Assembly (NCBI GenBank): GCA_011109175.1
Contig: RDEW01000005.1
Coordinates: 1,360,657-1,424,656, forward strand
Direction: 5' to 3'
From: Dicyema japonicum
Lineage: Eukaryota; Animalia; Dicyemida
DNA length: 64,000 nt
Below the pieces are notes generated by a model, which saw nothing but the letters and a program-made list of their open reading frames with translations, was not told where the DNA came from and did no database searches. A program made the translations under genes and the position numbers. This document shows, piece after piece, positions 39,105-51,489 of this stretch (its first letter is position 1; the number at the start of each line of letters is the position of its first letter).

Positions 39105-40399
39105 TAAATAATACGCTGCTTCAATCTATTTAATTAATAATCACCGCAGATGGCATGCGACAAAATTATAAGAAATTGCATTTAGGCGAATTCAATTATG
39201 ACGAAAGTAGGCTATTGGTAAATTAAGACTCGGATTCATATGGATTTGACCGTTTAATGATGTTTACTCAGTCATTTGTAAATAGTAAACATCTATTTTA
39301 CAAATATTCGTGTAATTGTACATTCGATATGATCATTGAAGAGTTCTGTTACCTTTATTGTGAATAACATTCAATTAAGTTTATTATTTAAGACTAATAA
39401 ATTGATTTTAAATAAAGTCAGGAATAAGTGCAAATATAAATAGGTCATAAGTTTAATAATTGGCATAGTTTCGATATTATTATTAAGCAATCTCTTCCTC
39501 TCGTGGTAATTACTTGGAGGTCCCTCTCGAGCACCATCGGGAGGGTGGTCCCTGGTCGTCCAATGACTCAAAGAGCGTCCGATGCAATATGATGTAACTT
39601 TAATTCACTAAATTTCTTCATATCCTTACGAAAATTGTAATCTTTCGGTTCCCTCATTCTCTTGACAAAGTGATGAACTTGGAGGACTCGTATATACTAA
39701 GATTCAGAACAAGAAAGCGTCGGATATGCAAATGCTTTTAGATCAAATCCCCCACCACGTGAATTGGAGGAAATTGAACAATATGCTGTATATTATAAAA
39801 AGCAATATTCCTGAGGATTTGTGATGGTAGATGGAGTGGCTGATCCGCAAATTCCTTTTTTCTATCTAGCTATTGAAATATATTTCCAAAGACCATAGTT
39901 AAAAACAAAAACAAGAAATTATGTGATCCCGGCGAATTTCAATAGGGCTCTCAGCTTGGCCCAGTGGTCTTCCCTCGATCCAATTTAGCACGCGGTGGAC
40001 GAGTGATCCTTTGGTGTTGTTGAGTTTGACCTCCTTTTCTTCTTATTAGGTATTCCAAGGGGGTAGAAATTAGATCACCTTTGATCCAGTTTTTTATCAC
40101 GGAAAACGCTCTTTTTCAATTCTCTGGGAATTCGTCCAAGAATTTGAGGGTCCCCAAATGGATTTAAAATATTTTTTTGTAAATTATTATTTAAAAATAA
40201 AATTATAAATTTTTATTTTGATAAGGGCAAGTTATCTAATACACACCATTAAGAATTTGTTCTCTGTTAGAATGCATCGAGATCACGTGATAATTAGTTT
40301 TGTTTTACCGTGGTCTTGGGTTAAATAAAAAAAAGAAAAAAAAGAATTTGTACTTACGACATTCAACGTGAGTTGAATTTCCTCTCCACTACGAAGAAT

Positions 40400-41270
40400 A
40401 CAGTTGACCCTTGAGTTTTGTACTAACCGGGAGCACAGTGTGCGATTTTAAACTCAAAAGGAAGAAAGCCCACCATGCGGTCTTGTGTATGAGGGAATTG
40501 AGACTCGAAACGTATATGTTTTTATTTATTTATTCACGTACAATCATTCCATCACTCCTCTATGGACTGGAAGGATGGTATTACACTGCATACAAAGAGC
40601 GTTTTAACTTGTGTCTTGAAAAATCGAGGAGAGCAGGGATCAAGATTGCCCTACACAAAAGGAAGATGAAAATTTGCTAGTAATGTCGATAAGAGATGCA
40701 GCATAAAATAGGATGGAAAACTTTCTACAAAGAGCTGCCATCATTGAGTCGTATGTTGCAGCACAGAATAAACGATAAGAGGGGTCTGAAAGCGAAGAGA
40801 AGAGACCAAGCGTTTGCAAGACTTGCGGCATGAAGACAACTAACACCCTCTATAATTTTTTTTGCTAATAAAGTTGTTAAAGTTAAAAAAATATCAGTTG
40901 ACCGAGGACCTCTTTCGTTATGGAGGTGCAGTCGCTTGTCTCTAGAGATTAAGCTAAACAAAGAGTTGGATGGATTAGTGTGACCAGGATCATTTTACTT
41001 AAACCAGAATGTCGACAATATGGACAATCTCTTGCANGCAAGACTTGCGGCATGAGGACAACTAACTCCCTCTATAATTTTTTTGCTAATAAAGTTGTTA
41101 AAGTTAAAAAAAATACAGTTGACGGAGGACCTCTTTCGTTATGGAGGTTCAGTCGCTTGTCTCTGAGAGATTAAGCTAAACAAAGAGTTGGATGGATTAG
41201 TGTGACCAGGATCATTTTACTTAAATTAGAATGTCGACAATATGGACAATCTCTTGCATTTCATAAACAC
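40400..41270 (+). mobile_element. L2/CR1-like LINE 3' remnant
   Basis: YSRTIIPSLLYGLEGW resembles the post-RT region of CR1/L2-group elements. The 3' part is duplicated across the single N at 41037. Confidence 0.45.
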
Positions 41271-41489
41271 TATGCAAACTTAATTCACAAGTGTTAAAGT
41301 AAGTGACAGGACATCAATATTACAAGTATGATGGCACCTTTGACAATAATTAACTGACAATGAATATAGCAATGAAACATCTTAAGAAATTGAAAATTAT
41401 TACTCGAATCTCGCCTTGACCATATACGATATACATGCTTTCCCTTCACTTTTTTGTAAGTATTTAAAAAGCACAAGTGGAATACTTCT

Positions 41490-43245
41490 CCACAAACTAC
41501 GTGGATGGGGAAGCGAAGGAACTCAGAGGGAAAGCTGGTCCCAATATACAACCAAATAGATTATGTCATATGCCGGGCTAAAGACAAACACCTTCTAGTA
41601 AACGCACGTTCATATGAAGGCTCGACGACTGTCAGCGACCACAAGATGGTCATTGCAACCTTCACCCTGAAAAAACATGCCATCAAATACAGGAATGCCA
41701 AAAATCACGAATTTGAGAAAATCAGAGGCGACTACGCGACTGANATTATGTCATATGCCGGGCTAAAGATAAACACCTTCTAGTAAACGCACGTTCATAT
41801 GAAGGCTCGACGACTGTCAGCGACCACAAGATGGTTATTGCGACCTTCACCCTGAAAAAACATGCCATCAAATACAGGAATGCCAAAAATCACGAATTTG
41901 AGAAAATCAGAGGCGACTACGCGACTGAAAGGCTGATTTCCCAACCGGAGACTACTGAGAGATATCAACAATACATTCAGACTCATATGCAGGACGTATT
42001 GGTGGATACCACGTTAGAAGACGTATGGAAACGCACAAAGGACACCATCAACGAAGCTGCTGAAGCATGTCTTGGCAAAAGGGAGAATAGTAAAATGCAC
42101 CTGAAGGCTATTCATCCAGATGTTCCTGAGCTTGCGAAAAGTCTAAAAGAAATAAATATGAGAAAATCAAATGCCACTGACACTAATACGATAAAAGCCC
42201 TTCAAGGCGAAAGACAACGTGTCAGAAGAAAAATAAAGGGTCTGAANNNNNNNNNNNNNNNNNNNNNNNNNNNNNNNNNNNNNNNNNNNNNNNNNNNNNN
42301 NNNNNNNNNNNNNNNNNNNNNNNNNNNNNNNNNNNNNNNNNNNNNNNNNNNNNNNNNNNNNNNNNNNNNNNNNNNNNNNNNNNNNNNNNNNNNNNNNNNN
42401 NNNNNNNNNNNNNNNNNNNNNNNNNNNNNNNNNNNNNNNNNNNNNNNNNNNNNNNNNNNNNNNNNNNNNNNNNNNNNNNNNNNNNNNNNNNNNNNNNNNN
42501 NNNNNNNNNNNNNNNNNNNNNNNNNNNNNNNNNNNNNNNNNNNNNNNNNNNNNNNNNNNNNNNNNNNNNNNNNNNNNNNNNNNNNNNNNNNNNNNNNNNN
42601 NNNNNNNNNNNNNNNNNNNNNNNNNNNNNNNNNNNNNNNNNNNNNNNNNNNNNNNNNNNNNNNNNNNNNNNNNNNNNNNNNNNNNNNNNNNNNNNNNNNN
42701 NNNNNNNNNNNNNNNNNNNNNNNNNNNNNNNNNNNNNNNNNNNNNNNNNNNNNNNNNNNNNNNNNNNNNNNNNNNNNNNNNNNNNNNNNNNNNNNNNNNN
42801 NNNNNNNNNNNNNNNNNNNNNNNNNNNNNNNNNNNNNNNNNNNNNNNNNNNNNNNNNNNNNNNNNNNNNNNNNNNNNNNNNNNNNNNNNNNNNNNNNNNN
42901 NNNNNNNNNNNNNNNNNNNNNNNNNNNNNNNNNNNNNNNNNNNNNNNNNNNNNNNNNNNNNNNNNNNNNNNNNNNNNNNNNNNNNNNNNNNNNNNNNNNN
43001 NNNNNNNNNNNNNNNNNNNNNNNNNNNNNNNNNNNNNNNNNNNNNNNNNNNNNNNNNNNNNNNNNNNNNNNNNNNNNNNNNNNNNNNNNNNNNNNNNNNN
43101 NNNNNNNNNNNNNNNNNNNNNNNNNNNNNNNNNNNNNNNNNNNNNNNNNNNNNNNNNNNNNNNNNNNNNNNNNNNNNNNNNNNNNNNNNNNNNNNNNNNN
43201 NNNNNNNNNNNNNNNCTCTCGTGAAGTGCTTAAATAAATAAGTGG
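41490..43245 (+). mobile_element. RTE LINE spanning an assembly gap
   Basis: YNQIDYVICR, VSDHKMVIA and a linker helix before the gap. Family 3' motif TCGTGAAGTGC plus TAAA tail immediately after it. Confidence 0.75.
42247..43215. other. Assembly gap
   Basis: Run of N. Confidence 1.
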
Positions 43246-43329
43246 AATACGTCGTAGAGATGAAAAGTTCATTAGAGTTGATAGTAGATGGATACATCCA
43301 AGAGAATACAAAACATAGAAATGAATCCG

Positions 43330-43630
43330 CGTGGTGCTATGTGGCTATTTGATTTAAGATTTCTGTTTGTTTCTTCTGTTACTTTTCTTCCCTTTTCTAA
43401 TAGAGTTGCTTCATGTGATCCACCTAGTGACAAAGTGACACGTAAAGTGATCATTTTCTCCATCCACGCCACTGGAGGGGTTTCTTAACTGTAAGGAGTG
43501 GTATTTATTACCTTTTATGCTGATTCTGGGTGGACTAATGTGACATTGGAGGGACTCTTTCTATGACAGTGGAAACTGGATACATTTAATTAGTTGTTAA
43601 CCTCTTTCTTGGTGTATCCGGGGTTAATAA
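43330..43630 (+). mobile_element. LINE 3'-end fragment (related copy at 45960-46255)
   Basis: The two copies align over ~250 bp and end in TTAATTAGTTG..CTTTCT(T/C)GGTGTATCCGGGGTTAATAA. Confidence 0.6.
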
Positions 43631-43929
43631 TAATTTAAAATTATAACTAAATCTAGTAAATTATCAGTAGGGAGATTTTTGTCCATAAGTTAAATAAGTT
43701 GTCCTCCTGTCCGAGGGGATGGGAAAGGCTAATTAAGAGGATTGTTCAGACGCGGCACGAATAGAATTATAGTTTATATGATTCTATGTAGTTGCTTATA
43801 ATAATAATAATAAGTTAAAATGTCATTTTTATAAAATGTAAATCTTAATCAAAAATATTATATAAATCAAAAGTTATATAGTCAAAAAAATCAAAATTTA
43901 ATTGTTAAGTGAATAAAATTTTTATTAAG

Positions 43930-44640
43930 GAAAGAAAAGAGAGTAAACGGTTATATAGCGGCTGCCCTGACTGCGTGGCTATTTCCTCTCAGGATGGCGA
44001 GCGAGATTCGCTCAAATAACCATCAATATATTAAAACGTGACGTCATGTGACCCACCAGACAGAATAGCCATGGAGGCGCTCAGAATGCGCGTAAAGTAC
44101 TCCAGAAAAGGATCATTTGCTTTCTTCCACCGAAGAATAATGTCGAGGGAGATTCAATGTTGGCTAGATGACACTAGAAAATCTTTGAAAGAATTTTAGC
44201 ATATAGCATCGCCCAAACCCCGCTGAGAGAACGAGGAAGGCATGGAAAGCTGATAAGTGCAGCTCCAGACCTCACAAGCATGGCCGGCGTCCTTGTCAAT
44301 AAAGAATTCAGGTAGAGAGTGTAGAATCCTCTTGACATGGTAGTTACAGGCCATTAGCGATGATAGGTATAAAGGGAGAGAGAGGTCCACAGGATTCCGA
44401 ATTCCAAGTCCTCCGAGTCTCACTGGCAGCGTGGTTTGCATCCATGAGTAATCCTCGAACCGGACGTTGAAGATACGTTCTGCTATCGTACGGAAGATCT
44501 TGTTAATCTGTGCGAGTTGGTCACACAGTGTGAAATAGGGAGGAGTCCTCAGGACATATGCTAGCCTCTGTATGTTGAGACTGTTTTTCAGGAGGAATAA
44601 TGCTGTATGCATGTCAAGCAGGCAAGCGGTCTAGAGTCTC
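43930..44640 (-). mobile_element. CRE-like element, internally deleted
   Basis: HTALFLLKNSLNIQRLAYVLRT..TLPVRLGGLGIRNP and terminal LAILRGNSHAV. Contains the empty hAT target site ATCTAGCC. Confidence 0.8.
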
Positions 44641-44884
44641 TCTGAGTAATATTCAAGTAAAGTCAAAATTTTTATTGATTTTTATTTTTGAATAAACTAC
44701 TAACTTGTCATCAACTATTATGGCACTAGCCTAGCAAACATGTTGGAAGCGGGCGAACATTAATAAAGCAGGTCGCTTCCGAGGATATTCTGCTTTCTTG
44801 TTGAGTGCTGGTGGTCCATAACAAACAAAAATGGAATTTTTATGGTTAAAAATTAGGTATAAGCAAAGTCACTTATATAAAAGG

Positions 44885-45771
44885 TTAGTTTTGTAAAAAA
44901 CGATTGAGGATCTCAATAAATTCTTTAGGTTTCTCAGAATGAATCCAATGTCCCGCATCCTGAACAGTCTCATAGACAACATTTGGGAATAATTTAGTGA
45001 TCACTTTCTCACTTTCCTCACTTAGTATAATCACAAATGACTACTTGATGAATTTGGACTTTGATCCTCGAACAAATAAACATGGACCATTAAAAACCTT
45101 GTCACCCATGTCTGGGAATCCAAAAAGTAACTCAAAATTGTTAATGATTGCTTGTAGGTTGAAGGCCCAACCATATTTGTCACCTCTCAAGCATAAATTC
45201 GTCAATAAAAATGTCCTCAATTCGTGAGACTTTACTTGTTTGAATCAGATTACCTGTATTTGTAGTTCCAAGGAACTGTCGACCAATTTACGGGCTGTTA
45301 CCATGGGAACTGATGACGATGGCATCTCAACCGAGCTCATCGCATCCGCGAGAGGACGATTGGAGTCAGAAATGGGGACATAAGAGGGAGAAACGTCAAC
45401 AACAATCAATTTGTTTAAAAGATTCGGCTAAATTAGTCAGTTTTACAAACTTTGGACAGAGCTACGATCATGGCAACTTTCCCTCCCATGCTGTGACCAA
45501 TAAGATTTGAGGAAGATTCCCTTTCGTTCATTAAGCTTATAACATCGTCTGCCATAGCCATGTAATCCATTCTGGAGGAGTGAAAGCTCTCTCCGTGATT
45601 GCGTAAGTCGGCTGTGCAACACTTAAGTTTATTAAACTGACTAACATTGTATCCTATCTTTGACAATCCTGAGGATATGCTTTGCCAATTTCTCCGTGAT
45701 CCGAACAACCCATGCAAGATGTAAAGCATGGAGTTCGGCTTTTCTTTAAGTGCAAGAAAATTGGTAGTCAT
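44885..45771 (-). CDS. ABHD11: ABHD11-like alpha/beta hydrolase, 5 exons
   Basis: LHGLFGSRRNW, DLRNHGES, GHSMGGK, VVDVSP, LRTFLLTNL, GSKSKFI, AGHWIHSEKP. Introns 45622-45645 (24 nt), 45428-45450 (23), 45230-45253 (24) and 45021-45044 (24). The start codon is uncertain. Confidence 0.92.
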
Positions 45772-46854
45772 TAATTTTTGAGCCCTAAACAATATTTAAG
45801 CATTCACTACATTGCACGCTAATAAAATTAAAAGTCATTAATTGTTTAAGAATTCTTTTTAACTCTTGATTTTTATTAAATTTCTAATAAATTGACGTTG
45901 ACATTTTTTATATAAAATAAAATTTTATTTTTCCTGCATGACGCCATGTGGTTTTTTGTGGTTAATTGTCTGAGGTTTTCTTTATGTTCATCCTCTTCCC
46001 CTTCCTAGTAGAGTGGCGTAATGTGATCCACCTGTCTAATTGGCGCCCAATGACTGGTTGGCATGAAAAAAATCATTTGCTCTTCGCCACTCCACTGAAG
46101 AGGTTTCCACAACTGCACGGAATGGACGTCTTTACCTTTTGTGTTGGTTCCGGAAGGACTTGTGTGATGTTAAAGGACTGTATAACAGTGGATACTTGAT
46201 ACACTTAATTAGTTGATTATTGTTAACTTCTTTCTCGGTGTATCCGGGGTTAATAAATTAATTCATCCGAAGTGGCAAACAACCAAAAAATCAAAATAGT
46301 GATATTTTCCAAATGGAGTCTCACAAGAATCACCATTTCACCAACATAATTAACGTGTTCCTCAGTGACTTCCCCTCTCAAATTACCCAAAACTATTCTT
46401 TTATCTTACGCGGCAACGAAAACGTTCCATACAAGAAACATTAAACCTGGTGTGTCTTCGGTCATTGAAGAACCCCCTAAAAGTATCACCGGGTAAGTCA
46501 CATGTAACGAAGCCCATTAATTCAGTGGATGTTTTTATGATAACATGTGGAAAATCTGGTCACTTGCAATNACGAAAACGTTCCATACAAGAAACATTAA
46601 ACCTGGTGTGTCTTCGGTCATTGAAGAACCCCCTAAAAGTATCACCGGGTAAGTCACATGTAACGAAGCCCATTAATTCAGTGGATGTTTTTATGATAAC
46701 ATGTGGAAAATCTGGTCACTTGCAATGTCTTACATATTTGATGTTATATTCTATAAATTAATGTGTTCATCAAAAATTATTATATAAAAAAAACTTTAAG
46801 CACTACCGCGTTCCCAAAAGCACGTAAAATGCCTAGGGTTTCGCTCGTGCAGAA

Positions 46855-47040
46855 CACACACTTTACTTAATTAAAGAACAGTTATTATAACTAGTCGTAG
46901 AGGGAGAACCAAGGATTGCTCTTCACATCTTTGTTTTCTTTCTCTTGGGTGTTTGTCCCTTTTGACTATTCAGTTCCGCAGTGAATCTCCACTGATGACG
47001 GCATCACTCGTCGGGCCCTTTTCATCGTAGAAATTTTGTA
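46855..47040 (+). mobile_element. Penelope-like pLTR remnant with a degenerate hammerhead core
   Basis: ~190-bp similarity to 61372-61550; CCACTGATGACGGC.TCACTCG. Confidence 0.45.
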
Positions 47041-47612
47041 GCCTATCAAGCTTACCAAGCAAAAATTACGTTACGGACAATCAGTAATTTCAATTTTGAT
47101 CATCTTGGCGTCTTTGATGTTACAATCGTCACTCATGTTTTCAATTTCATCACTACTGCCGATAACTTATTATTTGTTCTACCATGACTCGAACGACTAT
47201 GTGAAACATGGGAGAGTGTAGCCTATGAATTTATTTCAAAAATCACAAGGAAAGACCAGAACAAGACACGTACCGCCAGAACCCACAACTCATCTCTGTG
47301 TTCCTTCCTTGAACCCGCAAAAGGTATGCAACTTGAGATACTAATAACAACTTAATCCTCTCCCACTTGTTCCTGTGGCGAGCAAGCTCTCGTAGTACAT
47401 CTAAGCTCCCCCTCTCTGAATTAATACCGTTTGTCTTATTAATTAAAACATATTTAAATTAATTAACGACTAATTAATCTCAATCCTTATTGTTTGAGAG
47501 CTTCAAACAGACTGGATTTGTTAGAGTTCGAGGTTTGGTTGACGTTTCGGTAGGTAGTCATCGATATCAAAAAGATTCAAGCAAACCTTAAATGAGATTA
47601 TTATATAATTAC

Positions 47613-48145
47613 TTATGATAACAAAAGCCAAAGATAGCCGTGATTTATTTTTGTGGAATTTTTCTGATTTTTTGGTGCTTGGAAGGAGTACACATCTTCA
47701 TTTTTAATGATTTGTGAATTTCCTGGCTTGTACTGTTTAAATGCTCTTGGATTTGAAAATTCATTCCTGACAAATTTATTTCTAACATTAGAAATTTAAT
47801 GGAACCTAATCGATTCAGTTACATCTAAGGATTCAAAAAAATTGTTTTTTCTGGTGATTGGCTGGCGGGTTGTTTGTACAGTTGTGGTCGATGTTGTAGT
47901 CCTCATAGTTGGTTTTATTGCTTTCTGTGTCGTTTTTAATTGTTCACTAATCATTCTAGTCTTGAGAGTAGTCGAAGGACGATTTAAATAGTTCACACGA
48001 ACGAGTGGGTTTTTTGGTTCGAAAATATCAATATATGGAACATCCAAATGAGGAAGTACTTTCACTGAATGCCTATTAGAATTAGTCTTAAATCATACCT
48101 AGGGATGTGGCTTCGAGTGTGGATCCAATATTCAAACATTGACAT
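47613..48145 (-). CDS. Putative Thr-rich low-complexity protein, unknown family
   Basis: Introns 48073-48098 (26 nt) and 47782-47805 (24 nt) join a continuous ORF containing TTQKAIKPTMRTTTSTTTVQTTRQP and ending in a hydrophobic GYLWLLLS. The start is uncertain. Confidence 0.45.
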
Positions 48146-48659
48146 AATATCTACAAATACGACTTCTTTAATTCACAAATGTCATCAAGGGATAAGCGTT
48201 TCAAAAATCATTTATTGGATGATGAAGTAATTATAAAAATCCTGTAGTTCAAATAGATGAAGCTATAAAGGCATTACCTCATTTTTTGGAAAACCTCAAA
48301 ATTAAGGAATTTTTGCCCATTTCGGTGTCGGACTGTACTTTTTAATTCTTAAAAATCCGTAAAAAAAGATGACTTTAATTTAACGATTATAGAAGATAAG
48401 AGTTAGATTCCACTGGTTGGTCTTGGAAACCTAGGTTAATCTCCCCAAATGGGAATGTTTCTTCTTGTATCAGAGTCAGATTTCCAGATATGACTTCTGG
48501 CCCAAGGAGATAAAGTGATGACAAGGTAAGATACGGGGTTATTGTCTAAGGTTTAAAAATTTCGTTGTGCTGTAGATCTGTATATTGGGGGATAACATTA
48601 TTTATTGGAAAATAATCAACTATTAAATTACAATAATTTATTTGAATTAAACAGTTAAA

Positions 48660-49400
48660 AGTGCACTTAATCTAAGGAACTTGAATGTCCATGTTATTTC
48701 CTATGACAGTAGCTATCAAGATATGCTTTCAAAGCCATACAGTTTCACGTGGATCCTTCGTGACCCTTTGGACTAGATTGTCTCCTTATTCCTGACGTCT
48801 CAATTGAAAATGGGGCAAACAAGTGATCCTCAGAAATTCTTCAGTGTTTCCTTCTCTTCTGAGATCAGTCGGCTCCAAAATGCAGTGGTGGCCAGCAGAG
48901 GAAAGTGCCTTTTTCAACCTCACGTTGAGACAGGCATGCCTTGAGAAACGGTCCACGCTCAACCTGCACGACAGTGGATGTTAGTCATATGGATGGATCA
49001 AACGTCCACAAAAACATTTTCGCTTCACACACACTTTAAGATTAAGCAATTCTCACTGACTCATCATCCAGCACGTTGCCAATCTCGGCTGCTGATGACA
49101 GCTAGTCGATTTGAAACATGCAAGTCTTCTCGCATCCCAAGTGCTCTCAAGGTGCTCCCTCTTTTTTAAATATGCGTTCGAATACGCTTTCTGATTAGCG
49201 ACGCTCTCCGGAACATTAGGGTATAGGTCCTTCCACAAGTCCACAGATGATGTCATATATACATTCACTTTGGAATAAGAGTTGAGGACCATATCCATCA
49301 AATTTTTTGATTGAAATCGGACTCCCTAACGATACTCAACGATCCAGCGAAAAATACAAGGACCCACTCAGAGAGACGGATCAGCTTACCTCACCGGTTG
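48660..49400 (-). mobile_element. CRE-like 3' fragment
   Basis: ARRLACF.., GNVLDDESVRIA and KDPRETVWL motifs, frameshifted. Confidence 0.6.
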
Positions 49401-49429
49401 TAACACTCTGCTCATTGTCGCTTTCATCA

Positions 49430-51480
49430 AAAATTGATGGTCAGTCCTCTACAAACAAGAAGCGACCATAATCCAATTGTGAAGGTCATGAGAGAAGTCA
49501 AAGTGAGGAGAACACCTACTAGTTGTAATTACATAGCTGCTAATTGAGAAATGTATCGCGCAATCTCGGATGATAGACTGAATAATTGCTACTTAGACAG
49601 TTTCAAATCGCTAGAAAAAGCGATCAAATACTTTACTTGCACATTCCTAGAATCAAGATCATTGGCTATTCCCAAGCATCGTCTAAATTTTTCTAATAAT
49701 CAAGGGAAGTCGGCATAGATAAAAGAAAGAAATCACCTCAAAAAATCCAATTGGATCACATTAGAAACGAAACTCCGGATCAGAGCTATAAACAACGAAA
49801 TAAAAGCCAGAGAGTTCAAGGCGCAGAAATTGAAATGTGGAATCGGATTCGTACAAGGTAAATTGCAACCGAAGTATCGGAGAAGTGTGGAAAACCATCT
49901 GAAACGTTTCAAAGGAGAAAGAAACCTACCCCGAGGATGACTATACTCAACGAGACGTTAACAATTTTATAAAATTCTACACAGAAATTTCGTACAAAGA
50001 ACACAGGAAGTCGGAAGTGCTTCTCTCTTCATGGAGAAAACTGAAGAAGGATTCTAACCCAGTTTACTTCTCGGATGAAGACGTGAAGAATGCGCTGCGT
50101 TTTACAAGAACAACGTACTCTGCCGGTCCCGACAACATTCCAGTAGTGTTATTGAAGATCCTTGGAGATATTGGAGTCGGTTCTCTAACGTCGGTGTATA
50201 ACTATTCAATTGTAATGTAATACCGTTGTTATGGAAGCAAGCCAACATCCGACCTATACTGAAACCTGGAAACCTAAGGAAGATCCGGCATCATTTAGAC
50301 CTGTGTCATTGTTATGTTCCATATCGAAAATCCTGGAAAGGCTTGTGCTTGGGAGAATCAAGGCTTTCTTACCAGAAAAGGATTTTCAACACGGATTCAA
50401 GAGCGATTGTTCTACATCAACGTACCTACAGAAATTAACCAACTTCATTAGAGATGGTTTTTCAAACAAACCAAGGCATTTGAAGACAGTCTTATGTTCA
50501 TTGATATTAACAAGGCCTTTGATTCTATTTCGAGAAAAATATTATCAAAAAAAATTTTCCAGTCCGAGATCCCGGGGAAGCTTAAACTTTGGATAACAAA
50601 TTTCTTAAGTGGACGAAGGGACGTGTATGCCTCGGGACTGAAATCAGTCTCACGTCTTCTCCCAAACGGTGTCCCCCAAGGATCTCCTTTATCCCCGCCT
50701 TATTCAATTTATACCTGGCAGACCTCGCGACACCGGAATCCAATAACTATGTTCTACTTTCATATGCGGACGACATTGTTTTGGCCTCGCGTGATCGGGA
50801 TATTTAAAATGCTACAGAAAGATTACAAATTAACCTGGACCGACTCAACGCCTGGGTAATGAAGAACCGACTCACGATAAATTCCAGAAAGTCGGTCACG
50901 TCTATGTTTACTTCGGACAAAAAGTTGGGAAAGATGACTGTCAAGTTAAAATTTGACAACATTAAAATCCTCTTCACCAAATGTCAGAAGATCCTGAATA
51001 CACACTTATGTTTGTCACCACACGTGCAAACATTGTTCTGAAGTGCGAGAAGAGGATTAATGTATTAAAATGAGTATCTGGAATATAAAAGACAGGTACC
51101 AACCCGGTCTTGATGAACATTTACAAGCAATACATCGAACCATGCTTCTCGTACGCGTGTGCTTTGTGGGGACCTTCATTATCATGGACGAACAATCTAG
51201 AAAATCGAGGACGTTCAAAAGAAGGCTTTCAGAATGACGGAGCGGTGGTCTTGTGGGAGACACAGAACCGGACCGACTATTCTGGAGGCCCTCATTAAAC
51301 AAAACTCCGGCATGCGGTAAGGTGGCCCTGCAAATACAGTCATCCGCCCAGTACGAGCTTGTGTGGGTACAAGGGAGGAGCACCGGGAAAGAATGAGAAT
51401 TTTGGCGGAGCGCATCGGGATCACGTGATAGTTAGTTTCGGTTTTACCGTGGTCTTGGGTGTTTAATAAAATAAATAAAA
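49430..51480 (+). mobile_element. Vingi/Ingi-like LINE, 5'-truncated, frameshifted
   Basis: SDHNPI, AGPDNI, FRPVSLL, DINKAFDS, GVPQGS, YADDIV. 3' UTR GGGATCACGTGATAGTTAGTTT..GTGGTCTTGGG and a TAAA tail. Confidence 0.88.
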
Positions 51481-51489
51481 AACATATAC

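Noticed and set aside
41831-43311. Long ORFs of 197-468 aa here and at 16034-16864
   Set aside because: They are artefacts of translating through N runs.
43690-43765. GC-rich segment vaguely like an HDV-type ribozyme
   Set aside because: I could not assign P1/P2/P3 pairings, and it is not at a demonstrable element 5' end.
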